Source: Desulfotignum sp.
GTDB taxonomy: Bacteria; Desulfobacterota; Desulfobacteria; Desulfobacterales; Desulfobacteraceae
DNA: 64,000 nt
Assembly: GCA_018399285.1 (NCBI GenBank)
Contig: JAGYOW010000014.1
Span: 3,331 to 67,330 of the forward strand
Direction of reading: 5' to 3'
Shown here piece after piece: positions 11,346 through 23,343 of this stretch. The notes beneath the pieces were generated by a model. It searched no databases. It worked only from the letters and a program-made list of their open reading frames with translations, and was not told where the DNA came from. The first letter of the stretch is position 1. The number at the start of each line of letters is the position of its first letter. A program made the position numbers and the translations under genes.

Positions 11346-12734
11346 ATGAAAAACCCTGCCCACAGCCTGCTGGACCGCGACAATCTGAACCTTGTTCTGG
11401 ACAATCTCAAACTGGGGATCATTGCCCACACCCCGGAACGTATTATCACGGTATTTAACAAAGAAGCGGAAAAAATCACGGGATACAAAAAAGAAGAGGC
11501 CCTGGGCAAAGATTGCCACAATGTGTTCAATGCCCCTTTCTGCGGCGCCAAATGCTCGTTCTGCGATGCTACGCCGGATTTTTTTTCCGACACCAAGGAA
11601 TATCCGGTCACGTTTGTCACCCGGTCCGGCGACACCCGGCAGCTGGAAATGACGGTTTCCGCCGTCATTGACAATTCAGGAGAATTTAAAGGGGTGATTG
11701 CTTCTTTCCGGGACCTGACCGAATCCATTGACCTGTCTTTGAAAGCGGAATCCCTGTCCAGCTTTAACGGCATTATCGGCAAAGACCAGACCATGCAGGA
11801 AATTTTCCGGCAGATCCGGGATGTGGCATTATACAGCTATCCCGTGCATGTATCCGGAGAAACCGGCACGGGAAAGGAACGGGTGGCCAACGCCATTCAT
11901 GATATTTCCGCATATGGAAACGGCGCATTTGTGCCGGTGAACTGCGGGGCCATACCTGAAGGCATTGTGGAAAGCGAGCTGTTCGGGCATGTCAAAGGCG
12001 CGTTCACCGGCGCGGTCAAGGAAAGAAAAGGACGGTTTGAACTGGCCCACAAAGGCACGCTGTTTCTGGATGAAGTGGCGGAGCTGCCGCTGAAGATTCA
12101 GGTCAAACTGCTGCGGTTTCTCCAGGAAGGGACGTTTGAAAAAGTGGGCGGAGAAAAAAAAGAATCTGTGGAAGTGCGCATTATTTCCGCTGCCAACCAG
12201 TCCCTTAAAGAGGCGGTCCGGGACGGCCGTTTCAGGGAGGATTTGTATTACCGCCTTAATGTCATTCCCATCCACCTGCCGCCGCTGCGGCAACGGAAAA
12301 ACGATATTCCGTTGCTGGCATCTTATTTTCTCAAACAGGCGGAACAGGAAAATAAGGCAACCATGCCGGCCCTGGCCGGTGACACCCTGAACCTGCTGCT
12401 GGATTATGACTGGCCCGGCAATGTCCGGGAACTGAAAAACGTGATTCAGTTTTCCGTGGTACGATGCCGGGGGGATCAGATTCTGCCTTCGGATCTGCCC
12501 CCGGAAATCACCCAGGGCTCGGGCATGACCTTTTCATCTTTCCGGGAACCGGACATCCTGCCGGAGCCCGGACCTGCCCGGGGCAGACTGGATGCGGCAT
12601 CGGTCAAAGCGGCCCTGACCAAAACCGGGGGGAACAAATCAAAGGCGGCCCGGGTTCTCGGGGTCGGCCGGGCCACCTTGTACCGATTTTTAAACAACAA
12701 CAAAGATGCCAGGGAATTCAGCCGGCGGCTCTGA
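11346..12734 (+). CDS. sigma54-dependent enhancer-binding activator with a Cys-rich PAS domain
   Basis: PAS domain containing [17 protein letters not shown], Walker [23 protein letters not shown] and a C-terminal Fis-type HTH. Confidence 0.92.
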   Translation: MKNPAHSLLDRDNLNLVLDNLKLGIIAHTPERIITVFNKEAEKITGYKKEEALGKDCHNVFNAPFCGAKCSFCDATPDFFSDTKEYPVTFVTRSGDTRQLEMTVSAVIDNSGEFKGVIASFRDLTESIDLSLKAESLSSFNGIIGKDQTMQEIFRQIRDVALYSYPVHVSGETGTGKERVANAIHDISAYGNGAFVPVNCGAIPEGIVESELFGHVKGAFTGAVKERKGRFELAHKGTLFLDEVAELPLKIQVKLLRFLQEGTFEKVGGEKKESVEVRIISAANQSLKEAVRDGRFREDLYYRLNVIPIHLPPLRQRKNDIPLLASYFLKQAEQENKATMPALAGDTLNLLLDYDWPGNVRELKNVIQFSVVRCRGDQILPSDLPPEITQGSGMTFSSFREPDILPEPGPARGRLDAASVKAALTKTGGNKSKAARVLGVGRATLYRFLNNNKDAREFSRRL

Positions 12735-12736
12735 CA

Positions 12737-15312
12737 TCAATGACCGAACACCAAGCCCTGTCCGGCATCATCCAGTGTAAAGCGGATCGTATCTCCTTTG
12801 ACAAACTCCCCTTTTAACAGCGCCAGAGACAACGGGTTTTCAATTTCCCGCTGGATGACCCGTTTCAAAGGCCTGGCACCGAAACTGGGATCATATCCTT
12901 TTTTCGCCAGATAAGCCATGGCTGCTTCATCCATTTGGATGGTCAGATCCCGGACAGCCAGACGACGGTTGAGATCTTTAATCTGATGGCGGCACCCGTT
13001 GGATATGTTCCCGGTCCAGTGCATGAAAGGTGATGATTTCATCGATCCGGTTCAAAAATTCCGGCCGGAACACCTCTTTCAATGCCCGGGCAATACCTGC
13101 ATCCACTTCCTCCGAAGAAAAAACCACCACTGCCGCCCGATTCCCTGGAGAAACCGGGACCCCACATTGAAGTCATGATGATGATGGTGTTTCTGGAAAT
13201 CCACGGTCCGGCCGGTGCCTGCTCGGTCATACGCCCGTCATCCAGAACCTGAGCAGGATGTTGAACACATCCGGGTGGGCTTTTCGATCTCGTCAAACAG
13301 CAGCACGGAATAAGGCCGGCGTCGCACGGCTTCGGTCAGAAACCCGCCCTCGTCATAACCCACATATCCGGGAGGGGCCTGATGAGCCGGGCCACGGAAT
13401 GTTTTTCCATGTATTCAGACATATCCAGCCGCACCATAGCCCGCTGGCTGTCAAATGATGAACTGGCCAGGATTTGGCCAGGTCATCTGGTTTACGCCCG
13501 TGGGTCCCATGAAGATGAATGTGCTGATGGGCCGGTCTTCGGGAGACAGACCGGATCTGGCCCTGCGCACGGCATTGGACACCGCATCTATGGCCTGGGT
13601 CTGGCCGATGACCCGGCGTTTGGATATAGTCTTCCCCATGTGCACCAGTTTTTCCTGTTCCGCCTCCAGCATCTTGGATACCGGAATACCGGTCCAGGCG
13701 GACACCACTTCCCGCCACATCGGTTTCATCCACATCTTCCTTTGAGCATTTTGCTGGTCTCTTGCAGTTCATCCAGCTTCTTTCTTTTTGGCTTCCAGAT
13801 CTTTTTGCAGCTGGGTCATGGTGCCGTACCGGATCTGGGCCACTTTTTCCAGATCCCCGGCGCGTTCCGCCATCTGGGCTTCGGTCTGTGCTTTATCCAG
13901 TTCCTCCCGGACTCCTGAGATTTCCTTGGATCAGTTTTTTCACTGTCCCAGTGCATCTTCATGGGCCTGATCTCCTCGGACATGGCGGCAATTTCTTTTC
14001 CAGTTTTTCAAGCTGCTTCGATGCCGGGTCCTTTCCTTGAGCAGGGCCTGGCGCCTCCAATCTGGGCCCTGGGTGATTTTCCGCTGCACCTCGTCAATGG
14101 CCCTTGGCATGAAATCGATTTCGATACGCAGTTCGAGGCGCACTCATCGATCAGATCCACAGCCTCGTGTCCGCAAAACCGGTCTGCAATATACCGGTTG
14201 ACAATGTGGTTGCGGCCACCAGAGCGGCGTCTTTGATACGGATGCCGTGATGGACTCATATTTTCCTTGAGCCCTTAAGAATGGAGATGGTGTCCGCCAC
14301 ACTGGGCTCCCTTGGCCATAACTCGGCTGGAACCGGCGCTCCAGGGCCGCATCCTTTTCTATATTTGCGGTATTCATTTAACGCGGTGGCACCCACGCAC
14401 CGCAGGGTGCCTTCCGTCAGGCCGGCTTGAGGCATGTTGACGCATCCACAGACCCTTCGGAAGCACCTGCCCCCACCACAGTGTGCAGCTCGTCGTGATG
14501 AACAGCACAATCTCTCCTTCGGCCGCCTCCACCTCTTTGAGCACAGCCTTGAGCCGTTCTTCAAATTCGCTCTGAACTTGGCGCCTGCCAGCAGCGCCCC
14601 CATGTCCAGGGCTACCACCTTCGGCGGTTTTTCAGGAATCGGACACATCCCCTTCCACGATACGCTGGGCCAGGCCTTCCACAATGGCGGTCTTACCCAC
14701 CGGGCTCGCCGATACACCGGATTGTCTTGCGGCGACGGGACAGACCTGACAATGCGCCGGATCTCCTCATCCTGCCGATCACCGGATCCAGCTTGCCGGT
14801 GCGGGCCAGTTGGCCGTGATCCCGCCGTATTTCTTTTCCAGGGCCTGATATCTTTCTTCCGGATTCGGGTCGGTCACGCTCCACAGCCCCGGATGTCTTT
14901 CAATACAGACAAAATGGCATCTCTTGTCACGCCCTGGCGGGTCAAAATCTCCCCGGCCTTGCCTTCCGGCTCCCGGTCAAAGCCAGCAACAGATGTTCCA
15001 GGCTGACGTACTGGTCCTTTCATCTTGTCCGCTTCTTTGAATGCGGTATCCAGCACCTGCCGACTGTCCCGACAGATAAATGTCCGTCGGGTTGACACCT
15101 GGGAAGGTTTTCCACTGCCTGTTTCACGTCAGCGGTCACCGCAGATATATCCGCCCTGATTTTTTTAAGATCGCCGCACCCACACCTTCCCGGTCCGCAA
15201 CCAAACCGCTCAACAAGTGAACCGGCTCAATGGCGGCATGGTTTTTCTCCGGGCCGTTTCATGGGCGGATTGGAGGAGTTCCTGATTTCATGGTCAATTT
15301 ATCTAATTTCAT
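12737..15312 (-). CDS. clpB: ATP-dependent chaperone ClpB (multiple frameshifts)
   Basis: Fragments [45 protein letters not shown] and [22 protein letters not shown]. Confidence 0.9.
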
Positions 15313-15516
15313 ATGTCACCTTGGGGTTCCTTTCATTATTAATTTAATTTTGCATATAAAGTAATGTCACAAACATATTCGTCAACCAAACTCTCTGTAT
15401 TATTCAGGTCTTTTAAAAATTTCATCGTTGACACCCACCACTCTGTGGTATATTTTCACACATGAACCAGTGGTTATATCTTAACACAATCGTATGAACC
15501 CAATGTAAGGACACGC

Positions 15517-15924
15517 ATGGATCCCAAAGATTTCAAATATCTGAGAACCCGGCTGGGAAAAACCCAGAAAGAGCTGGCCCAGCTGCTCGGAATTTCCATC
15601 AAAGCCATCCACAGCTATGAGCAGGGGTGGCGGAAAATTCCTCACCATGTGGAACGGCAATCTCTTTTTCTGCTGCACCGGACATTGAATATTAAGGACA
15701 CAGAGGGCAATAAATGCTGGGACATCAACCAGTGCTCCGGCAGCCGCCTGGAAAACTGCCCGGCATGGGAATTCAATTCCGGAGATCTTTGCTGGTTCAT
15801 CAACGGTACCCGATGCAACGGTGAATCGTATCATTCCTGGGCGGAAAAAATGGAAGCCTGCCGGAAATGTCCGGTATTCATCAAAATTTTCGAACCAGAC
15901 AAAGGAAGCATTGAGAATGAATGA
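15517..15924 (+). CDS. XRE-family HTH regulator with a Cys-rich two-CW domain
   Basis: TQKELAQLLGISIKAIHSYEQGWR followed by CWDINQC...CPAW...LCWFINGTRC...CRKCPVF. Confidence 0.85.
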   Translation: MDPKDFKYLRTRLGKTQKELAQLLGISIKAIHSYEQGWRKIPHHVERQSLFLLHRTLNIKDTEGNKCWDINQCSGSRLENCPAWEFNSGDLCWFINGTRCNGESYHSWAEKMEACRKCPVFIKIFEPDKGSIENE

Positions 15925-16906
15925 TTCTGCACAACATTGTTCCACCTGCAAAATCGACGGCAATCGTGTTCCTGAGCAGCGCAGCGAACTGCCCGGGGCC
16001 ATCCGGGACATCATCGCATCTCTGGATGATGACACCTGTTTTGCCCATATCGGTGACGAACCCATTCATTTTTCCATCTCTGTTCAGGACATGATTGAAA
16101 AATTCAGACAAGTGCTGTTTCCCGGATATTTTTCCAGGGAAAAAGTGGACAACGCCAACCTGACCTACCACATCGGTCAATCCGTGTCCCAGCTGTATGA
16201 CATTTTGTCCGAACAGATCATTCATGTGCTTCGCCATGACTGCCACCGATATGATCTGGAGTGCACGGAATGCGAACCCCGGGGACATGATGCCGCCCTG
16301 ACCATGATCCGGGCCATCCCTGAACTGAGACAGGAACTGGCCGAGGATGTCAAAGGGGCCTATGCCGGCGATCCGGCAGCCAAAAGCCATGATGAAGTCA
16401 TTTTTTCCTATCCGGGACTGTATGCCACCATGGTGTACCGGATTGCCAACCGGCTGTTCAGGCTTCAGGTACCCCAGCTGCCCCGGATCATGACCGAACA
16501 GGCCCACAGCCTGACCGGCATTGATATTCATCCCGGCGCCACCATCGGCCGGCGGTTTGTCATCGACCACGGCACCGGTATTGTGATCGGTGAAACATCG
16601 GAAATCGGAAACAATGTCCGGATCTATCAGAATGTGACCATCGGCGCATTGTCTCTTCCTCCGGATGCCGGAGAAAAACTCAGGGGCGCCAAACGCCATC
16701 CCACCATTGAAGATGATGCGATCATCTATTCCGGGGCCACAATCTTAGGCGGAGACACCGTGATCGGGACCCGGTCCGTGGTAGGGGGCAATGTGTGGCT
16801 CACCTCTTCCATCCCGCCGGACACCAAGGTATTCATGGAATCTCCCAAGCTGGTTTACAAACATCCGCCCTCACACAAGGAAGAACAAAATGAAAAAACT
16901 GCCTGA
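15917..16906 (+). CDS. cysE: Serine O-acetyltransferase
   Basis: GDPAAKS.DEVIFSYPG, GIDIHPGATIG, IDHGTGIVIGET and KRHPTIED. Confidence 0.92.
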   Translation: MNDSAQHCSTCKIDGNRVPEQRSELPGAIRDIIASLDDDTCFAHIGDEPIHFSISVQDMIEKFRQVLFPGYFSREKVDNANLTYHIGQSVSQLYDILSEQIIHVLRHDCHRYDLECTECEPRGHDAALTMIRAIPELRQELAEDVKGAYAGDPAAKSHDEVIFSYPGLYATMVYRIANRLFRLQVPQLPRIMTEQAHSLTGIDIHPGATIGRRFVIDHGTGIVIGETSEIGNNVRIYQNVTIGALSLPPDAGEKLRGAKRHPTIEDDAIIYSGATILGGDTVIGTRSVVGGNVWLTSSIPPDTKVFMESPKLVYKHPPSHKEEQNEKTA

Positions 16907-17805
16907 TATCACTGCGGCCTGCGGCAACACTCCCCTGGTCTATCTGGACAAGGCAAGCCGGGCCACCGGGGCCGACATCTATGGAAAGCTGGAATATTTC
17001 AATCCTCTGTCCTCGGTCAAGGACCGCATCGGCCTGGCCATGATCGATGATGGGGTGAAAACCGGAAAAATCAATCCGGACACGGTGATTGTGGAGCCCA
17101 CTTCGGGCAACACCGGCATTGCCCTGGCGTTTGTGTGCCGGGTCAAGGGGCTGAAACTGATTCTGACCATGCCTGAAACCATGAGCATCGGAACGCCGGC
17201 AGCTTCTGGCCCACTTAGGCGCGAAACTGCATTTGACACCCGGGGAAAAAAAGGGATTATACAGCCATCGCGAAGGCCCAAAACCTGGTTGAACAACTGG
17301 CAACGCCTGATGCTGACCAGTTTTCCAACCCGGCCAACCCGAAATCCACCGCACCACCACGGGCCCGGAAATCTGAACGGGCTCTGGATGGAAAGATCGA
17401 TATCTTTTGGCGGGTGTGGGCACAGGCGGCACCATCACCGGGGGTATCAGGAAATGATCAAACAAAAAAATCCGCACCTGCGGTCCGTGGCCGTGGAACC
17501 TGAAACTCGCCCGTGCTGTCCTCCGGCGGGAACTCGGTCCCCACAAAATTCAGGGATTGCGCCGGGTTTGTTCCGGCCAACCTGAACCGCGACATTATCG
17601 ATGAATGTCACGGTGTCCGATGACCAGGCCTTGCTTTGGCAAAAGAACTGGCAAAAGATTATGGATTGCTGTGCGGAATTTCATCGTGGTGCCACTTTCA
17701 TGCCGCCACACAGGTAGCCGGATAGCATCCCGGAAACACCGTGGTGTTCATTGTGTGCGATACCGGGAGCGGTATATCAGCACATCCATCCAGGTCGGAT
17801 GTGAT
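16890..17805 (+). CDS. cysK: Cysteine synthase A (frameshifted in the 3' half)
   Basis: KLEYFNPLSSVKDRIG (PLP Lys), EPTSGNTGIALA and CDTG near the end. Confidence 0.9.
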
Positions 17806-17867
17806 ACCAGTGGTGTATGTTGGTGCTTGGGTTACGAATGGCTGCTATGTCGTTCTTCTAGCAGGTA

Positions 17868-17950
17868 GCCTCTCGTGGGGTGCCTTGCTGACGGACTGTC
17901 GGAGCCACTCCGTGGATTCCTGGCCGGCAGTAAGGCACCCCACGAGAGGC
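17868..17950 (+). repeat. Palindromic intergenic repeat, copy 1
   Basis: GCCTCTCGTGGGGTGCCTTGCTG...CAGTAAGGCACCCCACGAGAGGC; core shared with 29889-29972 and 45016-45100. Confidence 0.9.
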
Positions 17951-17991
17951 GGCAAAAATTTCAGAGAAAAAACGAATGGTATCCGGCAGGA

Positions 17992-19772
17992 TCATCCTCC
18001 GGACACAGGAATCATGGGCCAGAAAATCAGGATCAACGGCACTGCCACCACTGTCACGATAATGGAAAGGGGCAGCCCCAGTCGCCAGTAATCACTGAAT
18101 TTATATCCCCCCGGCCCCATGACCAGGCATTGGACTGGTGGCCCACCGGTGTCAGAAATGCGCAGGAAGCCCCCACCGCCACAGCCATCAGAACGGATCC
18201 GAGAAATCCTCATTTCCTTTGCCAGGGTAATGGAAATAGGTGCGATCAGCACGGCCGCTGCATTGTTCACTACATTGACAGCAGCATGGTCCCGGCCAGA
18301 AGGGACCGCCAGGTTCCGCGCTGGAAAACCGGACAGGATCAGCAGTTTTTCCGCGATCAGTCCGGCGCCCCGGAACTTCAGGCATGGCCCAGGCGAAACA
18401 TGGCACCCAGCAGCACAATCACCGGCCAAAATAATGTGTTCATGTAATTTCTCCCAAAGGCACGACCCCAGCCAGAACTACGATCACGGCAGCCGCTGTA
18501 AATGCAATCTGAACAGGGAGAATGCCGGTGGCGGATAACACTCATGGCACCGAAATGCCTACGGACAAATATGACTTTTTAGGTTGACCGATACGAATTT
18601 CTCATTGCTCTGCCAAAGGCAGGCATTTAAATTTTTGACCACGGTCTGCAATGATTCATCCGTGCCCTGGAACAAAAGAATAATACCGGTCATGAATTTT
18701 GTCTGACCCAACGGGCTGTGTAATTCGCCGGCCGCGCTTTCCGGCAATGGCCAGAAGATTGACCTGCATAGCCGACGCAGATAAAGGCCGGCAGAGGTTT
18801 TGCCCCGGCAGTGTGATTCCGTGGTGATCACTGCTTCCATCAGCCGGATATCTTTGGATCCCAATGTGGACTGGCAATCTCCTTGCATTCGGCCAGTTCC
18901 AGCCCCAGTCCGTCCATCAATGCCTTGAGATCATCCGGAGCCGTTTCACCATCAGCACATCCTCGTCTCCAGAATCTCTCATACCAGGAAGGCGCAGGCT
19001 TGTGGATTTCCTGGAAAGGCTCACCACAGTGGCTTCAGTTTCTTTTTCCATGGCGGATGTGAGATGGAAAATAGTCTGGCTGACAAATTTGGACCCTTCA
19101 GGAACGATGATCTCGGTGATATAATTTTCAATTTCAAAACAACTCATCCGGAGATGACCGGGCCTCGCGTTTGGGTGTCAGCCATCCGAACAGAGAAATA
19201 AACGCCAGGCCTGCCAGGGCCACCCCGATTCCCACGGGTGCAAAATCAAACATCCGAAATGCCGGCAGACCGGTTTCAACGCGATACAATGCAATAATGA
19301 TATTGGGCGGCGTACCGATCAGGGTGACCAGCCCCCCCAGCAGAGAACCAAAAGCCAGGGGCATGAGCAGCAGGGAAGGAGACCGGCCGCTCTGGCGGGA
19401 CATCCATATGGCCACAGGCATCAAAAGCGCCAGTGCGCCGACATTGTTCATCACACTGGAACAGACCACCACAATACCGGCCAGCGCCGTCACCTGGATT
19501 GTGGGAACGGTTCCCACTTTTGCCATATGCCGGGACAACAGATCCACGGCCCCGGCATTGAACAGCCCCCGGCTCAAAACCAGCACCGCCGCCACCGTGA
19601 TCACCGCCGGGTGTCCGAATCCTAAAAACACCTCATTAATGGGAACCAGGCCGGTCACCGACACCAGCAACAGGGCAGTCAGGGCCACCAGGTCATACCG
19701 GAACTTTCCCCAGACAAACAATACCAGGGTCGCACAAAGAATGGCAAATACCAGTGCTTGATCGGTTGTCAT
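17992..19772 (-). CDS. SLC13/CitMHS-family permease with TrkA-C domains (frameshifted)
   Basis: FLGFGHPAVITVAAV, MPLAFGSLLGGLVTLIGTPPNII and VMGPGGYKFSDYWRLGLPL. Confidence 0.85.
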
Positions 19773-19778
19773 GATTTT

Positions 19779-20960
19779 TTATACCAGTTTACCATCTTTC
19801 CAGAAAGGAGACATGGCCCGAAGTGTTTCAATGGCGGAAACCATGGTCTTCACGATATGATCCATTTCCTCTTTGGTATTGTAGTGGGACAAAGAAAACC
19901 GGATGGTGCCGTGAGCGGACTTGAACGGCACTTCCATGGCCATGAGCACATGGGAGGGATCCAGGGAACCGGAAGTACAGGCGGAACCCGAAGAGGCACA
20001 GATGCCTTCCTTGTCCAGCATCAGTAAAATGGACTCCCCTTCCACCGCATCAAATCCGATGGACAGGGTATTGGGCAGCCGGTTTTCCAGATCGCCATTC
20101 ACAGACACACCTGGAATCTTTTCCAGCAGCTTATTTTGCAGATAATCCCGCAGTTCTTTCACCTGGGTATTCATGATGGGCAGATGCTGTTCCGCCAGTT
20201 CACAGGCTTTTCCCAGGCCGATAATGGACACCGTGTTTTCCGTGCCGCCCCGCCGGCCTTTTTCCTGATGCCCGCCGATCAGATAAGGAAAAAACTTCAT
20301 CCCTTTTTTCACATATAAGACACCGATGCCTTTGGGGGCATGAATCTTGTGACCGGATAAAGACAGCATGTCCACATGGGCCGCCCTTACATCGATGGGT
20401 ATTTTTCCGGCCGCCTGCACCGCATCCGTGTGAAACAATATCCCTTTTTCCGTGACTTTTTCTGCGATTTCAGGGATGGGAAAAATCACACCGGTCTCAT
20501 TATTGGCCCACATCATAGAGACAATGGCGGTATCATCGGACAAACTGTCATACAGCAGATCCAGATCCAGATCTCCTTTTTTGTCCACGGGAACCAGCAC
20601 CACATCATACCCTTTTTTATCCCGCAGGAATTTGAACAGGTTCAAAATGGCCGGATGTTCCACATTGGAGGTGATGATGCGTTTCTTGTCCGGTCGGGCA
20701 TTCAGGGCTGAGAAAACGGCGCTGTTGTCACTTTCCGTCCCGCAGGAGGTAAATATGATCTCGTCCGGATCCGCATGGATCAGGTCCGCCACTTTTTGCC
20801 GGGCCTGTCTGATCTTTTTGCCCACCCGGTCCCCAAAAGTATGCATGGAAGAGGGGTTGCCGTAAAATCCCCCGAAAAAGGGCAGCATTTCTTCAATCAC
20901 TTCATCCGCCACCCGGGTGGTGGCATTGTTGTCGGTATAAATAACATTCATATGGCTCAT
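19779..20960 (-). CDS. nifS: Cysteine desulfurase NifS
   Basis: [21 protein letters not shown] and [17 protein letters not shown]. Confidence 0.95.
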   Translation of the reverse strand: MSHMNVIYTDNNATTRVADEVIEEMLPFFGGFYGNPSSMHTFGDRVGKKIRQARQKVADLIHADPDEIIFTSCGTESDNSAVFSALNARPDKKRIITSNVEHPAILNLFKFLRDKKGYDVVLVPVDKKGDLDLDLLYDSLSDDTAIVSMMWANNETGVIFPIPEIAEKVTEKGILFHTDAVQAAGKIPIDVRAAHVDMLSLSGHKIHAPKGIGVLYVKKGMKFFPYLIGGHQEKGRRGGTENTVSIIGLGKACELAEQHLPIMNTQVKELRDYLQNKLLEKIPGVSVNGDLENRLPNTLSIGFDAVEGESILLMLDKEGICASSGSACTSGSLDPSHVLMAMEVPFKSAHGTIRFSLSHYNTKEEMDHIVKTMVSAIETLRAMSPFWKDGKLV

Positions 20961-21520
20961 CCCTCGGCTTTGACAGAGGCGATCACCTCTTCGATCCGGT
21001 CCAGGCATTTACCGCACCCGCCCCCGGCTTTGAGATAATTGGTGACATCCTCTGTGGTTTCCAGTCCATTGGCTTTGACCGCATCGATAATTTCCAGATC
21101 GGTCACCTCAAAACATTCACATACCATTTCTCCGGGTTTTTCCATGATCTGGATCCCCCGGTAGTCGGCAATGGCTTTTTGCAGTGCGGACTTGCCCATG
21201 ACGGAACAATGCATTTTTTCCTTGGGCAGCCCCCCCAGATAATCGGCAATATCCCCATTGGTGACTTTGGCTGCCTCATCCAGGGTCATGCCCTTGATGA
21301 TTTCCGTCAGTGCGGAGGAGGATGCCACGGCACTGGCACAGCCGAATGTCATGAATGACGCATCAACAATACGCTCATTTTCATCCACCTTCAAGAAGAG
21401 TTTCAGCGCATCCCCGCAATTCAAAGATCCGGTTTCTCCAACGGCATTGGCATCTTTAAGCTCCCCCACATTTCTGGGGTGCATAAAATGATCTTTTACT
21501 TTATCTGTATATTCCCACAT
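20957..21520 (-). CDS. nifU: Fe-S scaffold NifU (IscU domain plus BFD-like [2Fe-2S] domain, no C-terminal Nfu domain)
   Basis: [33 protein letters not shown] and CECF...GGGCGKC. Confidence 0.9.
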   Translation of the reverse strand: MWEYTDKVKDHFMHPRNVGELKDANAVGETGSLNCGDALKLFLKVDENERIVDASFMTFGCASAVASSSALTEIIKGMTLDEAAKVTNGDIADYLGGLPKEKMHCSVMGKSALQKAIADYRGIQIMEKPGEMVCECFEVTDLEIIDAVKANGLETTEDVTNYLKAGGGCGKCLDRIEEVIASVKAEG

Positions 21521-21630
21521 ATGATTCCTCCTTGGTATGACGTCCTGCATCGTTAACCGTTGCCTGATTTATGGGCTTAAAATACTACAAAGTGGTAGAT
21601 TGTCAAGCCTTGTTTACAGTGTGGCGCAGG

Positions 21631-22341
21631 TTACAACACAAAAGGGACGGGCCGATTGATCCGGATCCGTTCCAGATCGATTTGAACGTCCCGGATCACA
21701 ATTTCCACCCCGTTGTCTGCCGCTTCACGCAACTTATCCGCATATTGTTGATCAATCATGGCCGCCGGCGTGAACCGGGCCGCGTCCATGCGCTGGATCA
21801 GATAGAAAATCACGCCCCGGTGCCCTGTTTTCACCAGATGCATCAGTTCATCCAGGTGCTTCTGGCCCCGCAGGGTAACCGCGTCCGGAAACATGGCAGT
21901 GCCGTCCTCCACCAGGGTGCAGTTTTTGATTTCAACATAACACCGGTCTTTTCCGGCACCTTCCAGAACCAGATCCAGGCGTGTGCCCTCACTGGTTTTG
22001 ACTTCAGAACGAACGTGACTGTAACCATTGAGCTCAGAAATCATTTGATTTTCAATGGCTTTTTTCACCAGTCTGTTGGGAACCAGGGTATTGATGCCGA
22101 TCATGGACGCCGGGGTTTTGATCAGTTCCCAGGTGTATTTGAGTTTCCGCCGGGGATTGTCGCTCACGGACAGCCATACAGGGCAACCAGGCACGGCACA
22201 CCCTTTCATGGACCCGGAATTGGGACAATGGGCGGTCACGGTCTCGCCGGAATCCAGGCAGATATCGGCTAAAAACCGTTTATAGCGTTTGATCAGCCGC
22301 CCCGGCAACAGCGGGGGCAGCTTGTATGCATCCGGATCCAT
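21631..22341 (-). CDS. sfsA: DNA/RNA nuclease SfsA
   Basis: LIKRYKRFLAD, HCPNSGSM, VEIKNCTL and FPDAVTLRGQKHL. Confidence 0.92.
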   Translation of the reverse strand: MDPDAYKLPPLLPGRLIKRYKRFLADICLDSGETVTAHCPNSGSMKGCAVPGCPVWLSVSDNPRRKLKYTWELIKTPASMIGINTLVPNRLVKKAIENQMISELNGYSHVRSEVKTSEGTRLDLVLEGAGKDRCYVEIKNCTLVEDGTAMFPDAVTLRGQKHLDELMHLVKTGHRGVIFYLIQRMDAARFTPAAMIDQQYADKLREAADNGVEIVIRDVQIDLERIRINRPVPFVL

Positions 22342-22366
22342 GCATCCTCCTTTGTGTGGTGACATG

Positions 22367-23155
22367 TCAATCCGCCAGTATGGCCCCTAAATCCGCCATG
22401 GCCAGGCTGCGCCGGATGCCGAAACGGGTCAGGCAGAAATCATATTTCACCGGATCTTCGGGGTTAAATTGCCTGAATCCATCGGTAATTTCCAGGCATG
22501 CGGTTCGATCCGGGGTTTTACGCCGGGTGAATCCAAGCATTTTGCCTGCAGAAAACATGTGCCGGTCCAGGGGAATCAACAGCTGAGACGGCCGGATTTT
22601 GTCCCAGCCTCCCGGATCCACCTGATCCTTTCGCACCATCCAGCGTAAAAACAGGTGACTTCGCTTGCAGGCACTGGACTTGGCCGGATCTGCCAGAAGA
22701 TGTCCGCAGGCCCCGTCCGGGTCCAGATGCCTTACCAGATGCAGCAATCCGGGCATCACCGTGGGATCATCCAGAGACATGCCGCTCATGAAACAGGCCT
22801 CTAAGGAACCATACTGCCGGAGCACCCGCTGTATCCCGACCATCAGACTCACCACATGGGCCTGCCTGGCAAACCGGTAGGAGAACCCGGCCATGCCCCG
22901 GCACAGATCGGTTTCATTCAGATGGACCACCCGGTCCTTAGGCGCTGGCCCCAAAAACATCAGGACCTGATTCACGGCCTGCAAAATCATCTCCACCCGG
23001 CCATAGGCCAGGCATGCTGCCACCAGCCCTGCGATCTCCCGGTCACACACCTGCGGGTACCGATACAAGAACATGAGCGGGTCCGGGTCTACAAACTCTT
23101 TTCGGTTATACGCCGTATATAATGTTTCCAGTTTCTGTCTCAATGGGGCGGGCAT
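22367..23155 (-). CDS. TIGR02757/DUF2400-family protein
   Basis: DPDPL, LAYGRV, SACKR..LFLRWMVR and DPVKYDFCL. Confidence 0.85.
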   Translation of the reverse strand: MPAPLRQKLETLYTAYNRKEFVDPDPLMFLYRYPQVCDREIAGLVAACLAYGRVEMILQAVNQVLMFLGPAPKDRVVHLNETDLCRGMAGFSYRFARQAHVVSLMVGIQRVLRQYGSLEACFMSGMSLDDPTVMPGLLHLVRHLDPDGACGHLLADPAKSSACKRSHLFLRWMVRKDQVDPGGWDKIRPSQLLIPLDRHMFSAGKMLGFTRRKTPDRTACLEITDGFRQFNPEDPVKYDFCLTRFGIRRSLAMADLGAILAD

Positions 23156-23343
23156 CGGGTTTCACATCCTGTCAATATCTTCATGAAATCGGGTATTCGG
23201 GTATCATATTCAGATTCTTATCCATTGACAACTGCAAAATCAGAAGCCGCACCGTCAGACCCCAAATTTTGTCTTGACTCTATCGGTTGGTTGGACATAA
23301 TATGAAACTTTTAACTGATCCAAATTAAGGAGTTATACCAGAC

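Noticed and set aside
12737-15312. clpB (and cysK, pepP, liv genes) as true pseudogenes or programmed frameshifts
   Set aside because: The block-wise indel pattern across unrelated conserved genes points to sequencing error.
21579-21606. Imperfect palindrome AATACTAC-N6-GTAGATT overlapping a TTGACA upstream of nifU (possible Rrf2/IscR site)
   Set aside because: The symmetry is weak, there is no Rrf2 gene in the window, and it matches no consensus I can state with confidence.
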